Assembly: GCA_965213685.1 (NCBI GenBank) | Contig: CBDBZY010000024.1 | Span: forward strand, 36,910 to 100,909 | DNA from: a bacterium | GTDB lineage: Bacteria > UBA8248 | Length of the DNA: 64,000 bases | Direction: 5' to 3' | Shown here: one piece after another, positions 39,518 through 50,355 of the stretch | Position numbering within the stretch: the first letter of the stretch is position 1 | Layout: every line of letters begins with the position of its first letter | Program-made: the position numbers and the translations under genes | Notes under the pieces: generated by a model | Database searches by the model: none | Told to the model about the DNA's origin: nothing | Seen by the model: the letters and a program-made list of their open reading frames with translations, nothing else

Positions 39518-40810
39518 TCATCGGAGCGAAAGGGCCGCGTCGCGCACGAACCGGCCCAGGTTTTCCTCCGTCTCGTCCCCGAAATTCTCGAACATCTCGA
39601 TGGTGGCCCGCTTGCTCCCCTCCACCGCCGGCTGATCGAAGGGGTTCACTCCGCGCAGCAGCCCCCCGTAGACGGCCGCCCACTGCCAGAGCGCGATGAG
39701 GCGGCAGACGTCGGCGACGGCCAGGGAGTCGAGCGTGAGCACCAAGTGGGGCGTCCCCCTGCGCTCGGCCTCCTGCACGACGCCCGCGTGCTCCATCCGC
39801 AGAAACTTCGTGCAGCTCACCCCCTCGACGAGGCGCTCCTCCCCCTGAAATCCCTCGACGCACAGCGATACGCCCAGCATGTTCTCCCGACCGCCGAAAT
39901 ACCGCTGATTCGTATGGTGCTGGCTCTCGGGGGCCTGCGCGCAGAGAATCGTCTGGCCGCATCCGGCCTTGCAGTAGCTCTCGTGGACGAGCTGCACGAT
40001 GAGCGCGCCCACGCCCGAGAGCGCCCGGGCGTAAATCGGCAGGAACACCTCCGCGTAGCCGGCCCGTTCCGCCCGCCATAGCCCCAGGGCCAGACGCTTC
40101 GCCATGTTCTCGCGGGGGGGGACGTCCGGCTGGAGTTTCCCGTGGGCGTCGGCGAAGGCGGCGTCGACCTCCCGCGCCAGCGCGGTGTCCCCGGAGAGCA
40201 TCGCCAGCGGCAGGAGCGCGTTGTTCTGGCCGGCGGTGAACCGCCCGCCCACGTCATCGGGATGCGGAAAGGCGTCGAGCCGCGCGGAGGCCACCATCGA
40301 GGCGAGCTTGCTCGGCCCCGGGCCGGTGATCGCCAGGGCCGGATACCCGCGCGCCACGAGGAGTGCGGTTTCCTGAATCACGTTTTCGGTGTTCCCCGAC
40401 TTGCTCACGGGAACCAGAAGCGTATTTTCGGGCCGCAGCTTCCCATCGGGACGCAGCAGCTCCCCGAGCAGTCCGCTCATGTCCGTGCCGTCGAGCAGGT
40501 GCAGTTTTTTGGAAAAACCGCGCTCGAACAGCGCCATATACAGCGCCCAGACGTTTCGGATGGACCCGCCGTTGCCGATGACGACGATGTGCGACTTGCC
40601 CCGGGCCGGGCCGAGCATGGCTTCCATCCCGTCGATGTCCGGCCGCTCCGCCGCGAAGCGGGGCGCCGCAGCCCCCCCCTGGTATCGCCCTATCCGCTCC
40701 GCGCACCGCCCGGCGTCATCGAGAAGCGCGCTCCCCTCGCGCCAGAGGGCGTCCTTCCCCCTCTCCCCGAGTGGCGCCTCAAAACTTTCCGCGTAGAGGT
40801 GCAGACCCAC
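39518..40810 (-). CDS. pgi: Glucose-6-phosphate isomerase, short divergent form
   Basis: IGNGGS, VSKSGNT, VGGRF, QLVHES-CK, QHH, NPFDQPAVEGSK. Confidence 0.8.
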   Translation of the reverse strand: MGLHLYAESFEAPLGERGKDALWREGSALLDDAGRCAERIGRYQGGAAAPRFAAERPDIDGMEAMLGPARGKSHIVVIGNGGSIRNVWALYMALFERGFSKKLHLLDGTDMSGLLGELLRPDGKLRPENTLLVPVSKSGNTENVIQETALLVARGYPALAITGPGPSKLASMVASARLDAFPHPDDVGGRFTAGQNNALLPLAMLSGDTALAREVDAAFADAHGKLQPDVPPRENMAKRLALGLWRAERAGYAEVFLPIYARALSGVGALIVQLVHESYCKAGCGQTILCAQAPESQHHTNQRYFGGRENMLGVSLCVEGFQGEERLVEGVSCTKFLRMEHAGVVQEAERRGTPHLVLTLDSLAVADVCRLIALWQWAAVYGGLLRGVNPFDQPAVEGSKRATIEMFENFGDETEENLGRFVRDAALSLR

Positions 40811-40829
40811 AAGCCGCGCTCCTTGTCGC

Positions 40830-41711
40830 CTAGGGTGATGGGAAAATTCTCTCGTCGACCGGCCCCTCCTCCAGGTGGGCGCGGAAGGTGCGCACGACGA
40901 TGGGAATCATCCCCGTCCGGGGAAGGCGCAGGCGGTCGAACACGAACTCCGCCGCCTCCTCGGGCACAACGTCTCCTCCGCATCGGGAGGCGGCCTCCCG
41001 CACCAGCCCGTCTATCTCCCGCACGTAGCGCGCCCCGCTTTCGATATGGGAGGAAACCGCCGCACCGCGCGAGACCTTCCGGCTCATGGCCGACAGCAGC
41101 ACTTCCGCTCCCTCGACGGCGCGCAGCCTCTCCAGGCTCCGCAGCGTGGACGCCACGCCCTCGTAGATGGGCAGCGTCCCCGGCTCGGGCAGCGCGTCGC
41201 CGCAAATGAGAACGCCCTCCTCCGGAACGAGGAAGGAGAGGCTCCCCGCCGAATGCCCGGGCGTATGCAGCACTTGGACGGCGACCCCGCCGAGCGACAG
41301 CGCATCGCCCCCCGAGACGAAGGCGTCCACCCGCACGGGACCGGAGACGGCCGCGCGCATGTTTCCCACCGGACGGACGCGGTGCTGATAGTCGAGGTCT
41401 TCTATCATCTCCCGTTCCGCCTCCGGGGCCAGAAACCTCGGCTGTGCCCGCGCGGCTATCAGGCCGTTGCCGCCGATGTGGTCGAAATGCGCGTGCGTAT
41501 GGACGACATGGGCTATCTCCTCCGGTGCCCGGCCGATGGATTCGATGTAGCGAAATATCTCGGGTGCGGTGGTGGCGACGCCCGTATCGATGATGGTGAT
41601 CGCATCGCCCACGAGGACGTAGGACGTCACGAACCGGGGAACCCGCCCGCCCGTCGGGGTCTCGATCTCGAATTCCAGCCACAGACAATGCACGCGGGGT
41701 GCGACCTGCAT
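40830..41711 (-). CDS. MBL-fold metallo-hydrolase
   Basis: IIDTG, THAHFDHIGG, TPGHS, CGDA. Start MQVAPRVH with GAGGA upstream. Confidence 0.88.
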   Translation of the reverse strand: MQVAPRVHCLWLEFEIETPTGGRVPRFVTSYVLVGDAITIIDTGVATTAPEIFRYIESIGRAPEEIAHVVHTHAHFDHIGGNGLIAARAQPRFLAPEAEREMIEDLDYQHRVRPVGNMRAAVSGPVRVDAFVSGGDALSLGGVAVQVLHTPGHSAGSLSFLVPEEGVLICGDALPEPGTLPIYEGVASTLRSLERLRAVEGAEVLLSAMSRKVSRGAAVSSHIESGARYVREIDGLVREAASRCGGDVVPEEAAEFVFDRLRLPRTGMIPIVVRTFRAHLEEGPVDERIFPSP

Positions 41712-41793
41712 GGAATTTCCTCTATCTCGACAATGGCGTCGCCCACGTCGCGGACGGGCAATCATGCACGTGGGGTGCGACCTGCATGGAATT
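41688..41793. repeat. 30-bp direct repeat pair (29/30 identical), 46-bp spacer
   Basis: ATGCACG(C/T)GGGGTGCGACCTGCATGGAATT at 41688-41717 and 41764-41793. Confidence 0.9.
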
Positions 41794-42201
41794 ATCCAAA
41801 ATGCGCCGTGGAAAATTTCCCGGCCCCGGGGATCCGCAGACCCCGGGGCCCCCATCCTGCTCTCGCGAGGCACCCGCCTCCCGAATCTATCAAAGCGCAG
41901 CCCCGGATGGGAAACCCCGTCCGCGTCAAACCGGGTGCGGGGAGAACGAAACGGCGGGAAACCATATCGGCGGAAAGGGGGCGTCCTCGCCAGGTGACGT
42001 CTTGCCCGCATGCCCGTCACATGCGGCGTGCGCCTTCCCGCCCCCCTCGCGGCGCCCGCCGCCGCCTCATCCCGGAGCCTCCCGCCGCCGGCTGGAAGCA
42101 CCCGCCCCCCCTTGTGCACGGAAGAGAAAACCGCCTTTTTCGCGCACCCTCCTCCTCTTGCCGAATCCAGCCGCTTTGTCTTTCCCTCGGCATTTTCTTG
42201 C

Positions 42202-42308
42202 TGTATAAAACCGCTTGGCGACAGGCCGGACGAATAGCATCCTTTCGGGTCGGCGGCCTGGAAGCGGGGGGAGATGTATAAAACCGCTTGGCGACGGGCG
42301 GGACGGAT
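42202..42308. repeat. 34-bp direct repeat pair (31/34 identical), 39-bp spacer
   Basis: TGTATAAAACCGCTTGGCGAC(A/G)GGC(C/G)GGACG(A/G)AT at 42202-42235 and 42275-42308. Confidence 0.9.
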
Positions 42309-42345
42309 GGCCCGCCGGAATCATTCTCCCGGGGGAGGGAAGACG

Positions 42346-42765
42346 ATGAATGCGAGCGCCTTGGGCTTCACGCTTCTTTCCGCCCTGTTCTTCGGCGTAT
42401 GGGGGTTTTTCATGAAGATGGGCCAGGAGCGCCTGGGAGCCGTGCCCCACCTCATGGGAATGGGCGTGACCGTCGCCGTCGTCGTCCTCCTCGCCCTGCT
42501 GAGCCGCCAGCTTCCCCTGCCGGCGATGCGGGGGGACGTCTGGCTGCCCGTAGTCGCCACGCTGGCCACCCTGCTGGCCATGCTCTTCCTGGTCCTGGCG
42601 CTCGCGAAAGCAGGGGGGCAGACGGCCGGCGTGGTGGCCCTCTCGGCCCTATACCCCGGGATTACGGCGGCGATGGCGACGATCTTCCTCGGAGAGGACT
42701 TCTCCCCCGCCAAGGCGGGCGGGCTGGCCTGCGCCGCCCTGGCCGCCTTTCTCTTCACGCGCTAG
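42346..42765 (+). CDS. EamA family small transporter (about 5 TM)
   Basis: FFGVWGFFMK, LSALYPGIT, FLGE. Confidence 0.85.
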   Translation: MNASALGFTLLSALFFGVWGFFMKMGQERLGAVPHLMGMGVTVAVVVLLALLSRQLPLPAMRGDVWLPVVATLATLLAMLFLVLALAKAGGQTAGVVALSALYPGITAAMATIFLGEDFSPAKAGGLACAALAAFLFTR

Positions 42766-42782
42766 GCGAGAACCCTCGACCC

Positions 42783-44933
42783 ATGACCCCAAAACGCGGC
42801 CTGCGCATCGGGATCGACACGGGCGGGACGTTCACCGACGTCGTCGGCGTGCGCTCGGACACCGGGGAGGTCTTCACCACGAAGACCCCGACGACGCCCG
42901 GCGACTTCAGCGAAGGGCTCATCCGGGGGATCCACAAAATACTGGGGGAAACCAAGATTCGGCCCGCCCTCGTGAACGGCGTGTTTCACGGGACGACGGT
43001 GGCGACGAACGCCATCCTGGAGCGTCGCTTCGAGGATTTGGGGTTCATCGTCACGGACGGGTTTCGTCACCTCCTGGAGGTCGGGCAGGCGAAAGGCCGC
43101 GCCCGCGCGCACTACGCCGCCCCCCTGCTGGAAACGCCCCGCGAGGCGCTGGTTCCTCCCGAGCGGATTCGCGAGGCACCAGAGAGGGTTTCCGCGTCCG
43201 GCGAGGTTCTCCGGGCCATGCGGCAAGAAGACGCGCTGGCGCTGGCGAGGTGGTTCCGGACGCAGGGCATCGGCGCCGTGGGGGTCTGCCTCCTCCACGC
43301 GTACGCCAACCCGGCGCACGAGCGCATCATCCGCGAGGCCTTCGGCGAGGAATACCCCGAATGCTTCGTGAGCACATCGGCGGAGGTGATACCGGAGCCC
43401 GGCGAGTATGAGCGGGCCGTTACCACGCTGCTCGACGCCTGCATCAAGCCGCGCATCAAGGCGTATCTCGAAAGCAGCTCCCGAAAAATCGGCGAGGCGC
43501 TGGGCGACGCGCCCTTCCTCGTCATGAAAAGCAACGGCGGCGTCTCGACCGCGCGGGAAATCGCGAAAAGGCCGATAGGCACCGTCCTATCGGGGCCCGC
43601 CGCCGGCGCCCTGTCCGCCGCGTATCTGGGAAAACTCTCGGGACACGAACAACTCATCACCCTGGACGGCGGCGGCACCTCCACCGACATCGCCGTCATC
43701 GAGGGCGGGGAGGCGAAGCGCGCCACGCGCCACCAGCTGGATGAGTTTCAGTTGAGAATGCCGATGATCGACGTCGTCACCATCGGCACGGGGGGCGGCT
43801 CCATCGCCTGGCGAAGTCCCGAGGGGAGGCTCCGCGTCGGCCCGAGGAGCGCGGGCGCGGACCCTGGTCCCATTTGCTACGGCAAGGGGGGCGAGGAGCC
43901 CACGCTCACCGACGCCAACCTGCTGCTGGCCCGCAGCCCCCTCCACCTGGCGGGCGGCGAGGTGAAGCTCAACAAGGCACTCGCCATGAAGGCCATGCGC
44001 ACGCTGGCGCGGCAGTTCGGCATGAGCCCCTACGAGATGGCCTCGGGCGTCATCGAAATCGCCGCATGGAACCAGACCCACGCCGTGCGGCGGGCGACGG
44101 TGCAACGGGGCGTCTCCCCGAGGGAGTTTCTGGGCCTCATGGCCTTTGGCGGCTCCGGTCCGCTGACGGCCGGCCTGGTGGCCGAGCTGCTGGGAATCGA
44201 CACCGTCATCGTTCCCCCCTTCGCGGGCATGACGAGCGCCTTCGGGCTGGAGGTCGTCGACCTGGTGAACGACCACGCGGCGGCCCACTACCAGTCCGAG
44301 GAGAACCTCCGCCCCGAAGCCCTAGGCGCCGCGTACGAGCAGCTCGAAGCCCAGGCCGCGCGGGGCCTCGAGGGTGAGGGCGTCCCGCTCCACCGGCGGG
44401 TGATGCGGCGCACCGCGGAGATGCGCTACCACGGCGAGGCCACCGAGATCGAGGTGGACGTGCCGGGAGGCTACATCACCCCGCCGGTGCTCGAGGAGGC
44501 GATAGAGCGCTTTCACCTGCTGTATCAGCGCCGCTACACCTACAACCACAGGGGGAGCCGCCCGGTCGAAATCGTGCACCTGCGCGTCACGGGGGTCGGC
44601 TTGACGGAGCCGCCGAACCTGCCCCTGATCCCCGCCGGAGACGACAGCCCGGAGGAAGCCTACAAGGGCGCCCGCCTGGTCTGGTTCCAGGAGCTGGGCG
44701 GGTTCCAGGACACGCCCATCTACTACCGGGAGAGGCTGCGCGAGGGCAACCACATTCCGGGGCCCGCGATAGTCGAGAGCTTCGGCAGCACCACTGTCAT
44801 ATTCCCGAGCCAGGAGGCCCGCGTGGACAGATACGGGAACCTGGTGATGCGCTTTCGCTCGACGGTCCCGGAGAGCGGGGAGCGCGCCGGCAGGCCAAGG
44901 GGCGCCCACGGCGTGGGAGCGGCGCGACGATGA
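42783..44933 (+). CDS. Hydantoinase/5-oxoprolinase family A subunit (ATP-binding)
   Basis: IDTGGTFTD, HGTTVATNA, SGPAAG, DGGGTSTD, SAGADPGPICYG, TLTDAN. Confidence 0.93.
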   Translation: MTPKRGLRIGIDTGGTFTDVVGVRSDTGEVFTTKTPTTPGDFSEGLIRGIHKILGETKIRPALVNGVFHGTTVATNAILERRFEDLGFIVTDGFRHLLEVGQAKGRARAHYAAPLLETPREALVPPERIREAPERVSASGEVLRAMRQEDALALARWFRTQGIGAVGVCLLHAYANPAHERIIREAFGEEYPECFVSTSAEVIPEPGEYERAVTTLLDACIKPRIKAYLESSSRKIGEALGDAPFLVMKSNGGVSTAREIAKRPIGTVLSGPAAGALSAAYLGKLSGHEQLITLDGGGTSTDIAVIEGGEAKRATRHQLDEFQLRMPMIDVVTIGTGGGSIAWRSPEGRLRVGPRSAGADPGPICYGKGGEEPTLTDANLLLARSPLHLAGGEVKLNKALAMKAMRTLARQFGMSPYEMASGVIEIAAWNQTHAVRRATVQRGVSPREFLGLMAFGGSGPLTAGLVAELLGIDTVIVPPFAGMTSAFGLEVVDLVNDHAAAHYQSEENLRPEALGAAYEQLEAQAARGLEGEGVPLHRRVMRRTAEMRYHGEATEIEVDVPGGYITPPVLEEAIERFHLLYQRRYTYNHRGSRPVEIVHLRVTGVGLTEPPNLPLIPAGDDSPEEAYKGARLVWFQELGGFQDTPIYYRERLREGNHIPGPAIVESFGSTTVIFPSQEARVDRYGNLVMRFRSTVPESGERAGRPRGAHGVGAARR

Positions 44934-46648
44934 ACGCGAACCCCGTCGTGAGCGAAATACTGTCCGGCGCGCTGCGCGCCGTCGAGGAGGAGGTCGAGGA
45001 GCTCCTCGCGCGCATCTGGCGCAGCCCCTCGCTGCGGGACGCGGGCGATTTTTCCGTCTGCCTGTTCGACCGCTTCGGACGCGCGCTCACCGGGCGGGTT
45101 CTGGCCGCTGGCCCCGCCCCCATCCTCGCCGCATACGACGACTTCGCCGAGGGGGACGTCTTTCTGCACAACGACCCCTACGCGCCGCCGGCGGGCCTCG
45201 GGGAAGCCGCCGAGCTCTGCCTCACCCGCCCCCTGTTTTCGGAGGGTGCGCTCCTCGCCTTTTTACAGGTGCGGGGGCGGCACGACGATTTGGGCGGCAC
45301 GCTGCCCGGCGGGGGGAGCATCGGCTCGCGCGAGAGCTACCACGAGGGACTCATCATCCCGCCGGTGCGCATCGCGCGCGGGGAGCAGACGGCGGAAGAC
45401 GTCAAAACCATACTTCTGCGGAACAGCAGGCAGGCGCACCACCTCGGGGATGACATCGACGCGCAACTCGGCGCGCTGCGCGTCGGGGCGGCGCGGCTCC
45501 GGGATTTGACGCGCCGATACGGGGCGGAGAACCTCTCGGCGTGTTTCGCCGACTTGCTCCGGGAATGCGAACTCGCGTTTCGCCGCCAGATCATCCCGCG
45601 GATTCCGGAGAGGAGCTGGACGGCGCGCTCGGCCGTGGAGTCAGACGGCGTGAGCGGCCCACACGGGTTCAGCCTCACCCTCACGCGGCGGGAGGACGCC
45701 CTGCGCGTCGACCTGCGCGACGTCGCCCCCCAGGCGCGGGGACCCGTCAACTGCCCCCTCGAGGGAGCGGGCGTCCAGTGCCTCGGACGCCTCCTCGCGC
45801 CCATGCTGGTGCACCTCGCGGAAGATTTTTCGGGCGAATTCCCTCTGAACGACGGCGCGCTGCGGGCCTTCGACATCCGCCTGCCGGGACCCGGAACGAT
45901 ACTGACCCCCCGCTTTCCCGCGCCGACGGGCCTGCGCTTCCTCACCCTCGGGAAGCTGCTCTCGGCGTTCGGCGAGGCGCTCTTTCATGCGTCGGGCGGA
46001 CGGACGCCCGCAGGCTTTGACAACCTGAGAACACTCAGCCTCTGGGGGCGTGACGAGAGCGGCGGCTTTCACCTGCTTCGCGAGGCGCTGGGCGCGGGGG
46101 CGGGCGCCCGGCCGGGCGGGGACGGGGCGTCTGCCACTCCCCCCATCGGCGCCACCGGCGGAATGCCCGTCGAGGCGATGGAGGCGCGCTATCCGGTGCG
46201 GATCGAGTCGATGGGGCTGGTCCGCGATTCGGGGGGCGCGGGCGAGAGGCGCGGCGGGCTGGGCGTCTACCGGGAATATCGCCTCCTCATGGACGGCACA
46301 GCGGCGAGTGCCGCCGGCAGCGCGGAGGCGGGACCTCCGGGCTGCGCGGGCGCCTCGGGAGGAGCTCCCTATCGGATATACCGCAGCGCCGGCGACGCGC
46401 GCGTCCGGATGCCGGCGGTCGGCGCATCCGCCCCGTTTTCGAGCGGCGACGCGATTCGGGTCGAGACCCCCGGCGGCGGCGGGTGGGGCGACCCGAAAGA
46501 ACGCGACCCGCAGGAGGTGCGCGCAGACGTCCTGCGCGGCTACGTCTCCAGGAAATCGGCGGAATCGGCCTATGGCGTGGCGCTGGGAGACGCCCCCGGC
46601 CTCGCAATCGACGAGGAGGAGACCGGGAGGCGCAGGCGGGGAGAATAA
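44930..46648 (+). CDS. Hydantoinase B/oxoprolinase family subunit (divergent)
   Basis: SP-LRDAGDFS, HNDPY, D-GG--PG, EGLIIPP, DSGGAG-RRGG, TPGGGGWGDP. Confidence 0.9.
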   Translation: MNANPVVSEILSGALRAVEEEVEELLARIWRSPSLRDAGDFSVCLFDRFGRALTGRVLAAGPAPILAAYDDFAEGDVFLHNDPYAPPAGLGEAAELCLTRPLFSEGALLAFLQVRGRHDDLGGTLPGGGSIGSRESYHEGLIIPPVRIARGEQTAEDVKTILLRNSRQAHHLGDDIDAQLGALRVGAARLRDLTRRYGAENLSACFADLLRECELAFRRQIIPRIPERSWTARSAVESDGVSGPHGFSLTLTRREDALRVDLRDVAPQARGPVNCPLEGAGVQCLGRLLAPMLVHLAEDFSGEFPLNDGALRAFDIRLPGPGTILTPRFPAPTGLRFLTLGKLLSAFGEALFHASGGRTPAGFDNLRTLSLWGRDESGGFHLLREALGAGAGARPGGDGASATPPIGATGGMPVEAMEARYPVRIESMGLVRDSGGAGERRGGLGVYREYRLLMDGTAASAAGSAEAGPPGCAGASGGAPYRIYRSAGDARVRMPAVGASAPFSSGDAIRVETPGGGGWGDPKERDPQEVRADVLRGYVSRKSAESAYGVALGDAPGLAIDEEETGRRRRGE

Positions 46649-46826
46649 ATTTCCGGCGGACCGTCCCCGTCCGGAATGCGGAAACGGCGGGCGGAGGCGG
46701 CGGGGCGCGTCCGCCGGGCAGCGCGGGCGAGACGGAAAAACGGCGGCGCGCACTTGGAGCGTCCCGCCGCGTCAGGTAGAATCCGCCTTCACAGGAGACG
46801 GGGCGGGATCGGGCGGCGGAATATGA

Positions 46827-47888
<1,062 letters not shown>

Positions 47889-47913
47889 CGACAAAAAAAC
47901 CGCTGGGGCAGAC

Positions 47914-49137
47914 ATGGGGACGATCAGGAGCAGCATCGAAAACGGCGACCCGAAACTCGGCGTGGAGGATGTGGACGTCGCGGGCAAGCGGGTCTTCCTG
48001 CGGGTCGATTTCAACGTCCCCCTCGACGATCAGGGACACATCCAGGACGATACGCGCATTCGGGCGGCGCTGCCCACCATCAACTATCTTCTCGACGAGG
48101 GCGCGCGGGTCGTCATCGGCTCCCACATCGGTCGGCCGAGAGGAAAGTCCGACGCGAAACATTCCCTGGCTCCGGTGGCGAAGCGCCTGGCGCGGCTCCT
48201 GGACAAGGAATGTCCCCTGGTGCCCGACTGCGCGGGTGCGGACGCGAGAGACATGACCGAGGAGATGAAGTCGGGCGAGGTGCTCCTGCTGGAGAATCTC
48301 CGGTTTCACGCCGGCGAGGAGAAAAACGACGAGAGATTCGCCCAGAAGCTCGCCTCCCTGGCCGACCTCTACATCAACGACGCTTTCGGCAACGCCCACC
48401 GCAACCACGCCTCGATGTCCGCCATCACCCGGTTTCTCCAACCCGCCGTCGCCGGCTTTTTGATGATCAAGGAGGTGAGCTATCTCAGCGGGGCGGTGAA
48501 CAAACCGATGCGCCCCGTGGTGGCGATTCTCGGCGGGGCGAAGGCGAGTGCGAAAATCGGGATCGTGGAGCAGATACTGCCGAAGATGGACAAGATCGTC
48601 ATCGGCGGCGGCATGGCGGGCACCTTCCATCGCGCACTCGGCTTCGAGATGGGCAACAGCCTGGTCGAGGAGCACATGATGGATACGGCGCGATCCATCA
48701 TGAACAAGGCCCAGGAGCTGGGCGTCAAGTTCTACCTTCCGAGCGACTACGTGGTGGCGGACAAGTTCGAGGCGTCGGCCGAGACCAAGGTCGTGCCCGC
48801 ACAGGAAGTGCCCGAGGAATGGTACGCCCTGGACATCGGGCCCGCGAGCACCACCCTGTTCGGCGAGGTGCTCCAGGACGCGAAAACCATCATCTGGAAC
48901 GGTCCGATGGGGGTGTTCGAGGTGGACGCCTTCTCGCGCGGGACATACGCCATGGTGAGCCACGTGTCGAACTCCTACGCCCTGACGATAGTGGGCGGCG
49001 GCGATACGGACGTGGCCGTTCACGCCGCGGGAGAGTCGCGCCGCATCTCCTACATCAGCACAGGCGGCGGCGCCTTCCTGGAGCTGCTCGAGGGAAAAGA
49101 GCTGCCCGGCCTGGCGTCCCTGACGGACAAGCACTAG
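47914..49137 (+). CDS. pgk: Phosphoglycerate kinase
   Basis: RVDFNVP, LLENLRF, NDAFG-AHR, WNGPMG, STGGGAFLE. Confidence 0.97.
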   Translation: MGTIRSSIENGDPKLGVEDVDVAGKRVFLRVDFNVPLDDQGHIQDDTRIRAALPTINYLLDEGARVVIGSHIGRPRGKSDAKHSLAPVAKRLARLLDKECPLVPDCAGADARDMTEEMKSGEVLLLENLRFHAGEEKNDERFAQKLASLADLYINDAFGNAHRNHASMSAITRFLQPAVAGFLMIKEVSYLSGAVNKPMRPVVAILGGAKASAKIGIVEQILPKMDKIVIGGGMAGTFHRALGFEMGNSLVEEHMMDTARSIMNKAQELGVKFYLPSDYVVADKFEASAETKVVPAQEVPEEWYALDIGPASTTLFGEVLQDAKTIIWNGPMGVFEVDAFSRGTYAMVSHVSNSYALTIVGGGDTDVAVHAAGESRRISYISTGGGAFLELLEGKELPGLASLTDKH

Positions 49138-49171
49138 ACCGCCCTCCGGGACGGGAGAAGAGGAACTTTCG

Positions 49172-49963
49172 ATGCGGCGCGCACTGGTGGCCGGCAACTG
49201 GAAGATGAACAAGACGATTCGGGAGGCGCGGGAGCTGGCGCGCGAGGTGGCCGATGGCCTCGCAAGGGAGGGCCTCTCCCGGGCGGACGTCCTCATCGCC
49301 CCTCCGTACCTCTCCCTTCCGACGGTGGCGGCGGCCGTCTCGGGCACCGGAATCGGTGTCGCCGGACAAGACTGCTCCCCGCACGCCGACGGCGCCTTCA
49401 CCGGAGAGGTGAGCGTCGCCATGCTCCGGGATGCGGGCGCCGACCACGTCATTCTCGGCCACAGCGAGCGGCGCGAGACGATGGGAGAGGGCGACGCCCT
49501 CATCGCCCGGAAAGCGGCGGCGGCGATCGCCGGCGGACTCCGCCCGATTCTCTGCCTCGGGGAGCCGCTTCCCACGAGGCGGGCGGGCGCCACGCTCGCG
49601 CGCATCGCCCACCAGATGGACATCTTCCTCCAGACCGCGCTCCCCCCCGAGCCTCCCCGGGGGCTGAGCGTCGCCTACGAACCCGTGTGGGCCATCGGCA
49701 CGGGCCTCACGGCCGCGCCGGAGCAGGCGCAGGAGGCGCACGCATTCATCCGCGAACGACTCGCCGGTGCCTGCGGATTGGAATGGGCGAGAGAAATACG
49801 TATCCTGTATGGTGGTAGCGTGAAGCCGGACAACGCCGCCGCGTTGTTCTCGCAGCCGGATATTGATGGCGGCCTCATCGGCGGAGCGAGTCTGAGCAGC
49901 CGGGATTTTCTGGAAATCATCCGCGCCGCCCAGACGAGCTCCCATACACATTCAAAAGAGTGA
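49172..49963 (+). CDS. tpiA: Triosephosphate isomerase
   Basis: AGNWKMN, GHSERR, AYEPVWAIGTG, YGGSVK. Confidence 0.98.
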   Translation: MRRALVAGNWKMNKTIREARELAREVADGLAREGLSRADVLIAPPYLSLPTVAAAVSGTGIGVAGQDCSPHADGAFTGEVSVAMLRDAGADHVILGHSERRETMGEGDALIARKAAAAIAGGLRPILCLGEPLPTRRAGATLARIAHQMDIFLQTALPPEPPRGLSVAYEPVWAIGTGLTAAPEQAQEAHAFIRERLAGACGLEWAREIRILYGGSVKPDNAAALFSQPDIDGGLIGGASLSSRDFLEIIRAAQTSSHTHSKE

Positions 49964-49967
49964 GAAA

Positions 49968-50309
49968 ATGACGATAGTGCTGACGGTACTGCATGTCGCA
50001 GTGGCGCTTTGCCTGGTGCTCTCCGTGCTCCTCCAGTCGGGGAAAGGCGCCGGCATCGGCGCCGCCTTCGGCGGCTCCAGCGATACGATGTTCGGCTCGC
50101 GCGGACCGGTGAGCTTCCTGAGCAAACTCACGACCGGCGCCGCCGTCCTATTCATGGTGACCTCGCTTCTCCTCACCTACGTCGGCTCCAGAAGCGGCGG
50201 CCAGGGCGGCTCGATAGTCCCCGCCGCGCCCATAAGAACCGCTCCGGCACAGCAGGAGGCTCCCCCCGCAACAACCCCGAAGCCGGCCGCCGCCCCCGAA
50301 AAAAAATGA
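49968..50309 (+). CDS. secG: Preprotein translocase subunit SecG
   Basis: VLLQSGKGAGIGAAFGG...FLSKLT. Position directly after tpiA. Confidence 0.95.
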   Translation: MTIVLTVLHVAVALCLVLSVLLQSGKGAGIGAAFGGSSDTMFGSRGPVSFLSKLTTGAAVLFMVTSLLLTYVGSRSGGQGGSIVPAAPIRTAPAQQEAPPATTPKPAAAPEKK

Positions 50310-50355
50310 GACGGGCGCAACAGGCTCCGCCATTCGCCCGCCCCGGGGACCGCCG

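Noticed and set aside
41688-42308. CRISPR array call for the two repeat pairs
   Set aside because: There are only two copies each, the two repeats are unrelated, one duplicates a gene start, and no cas genes are present. Kept as repeats.
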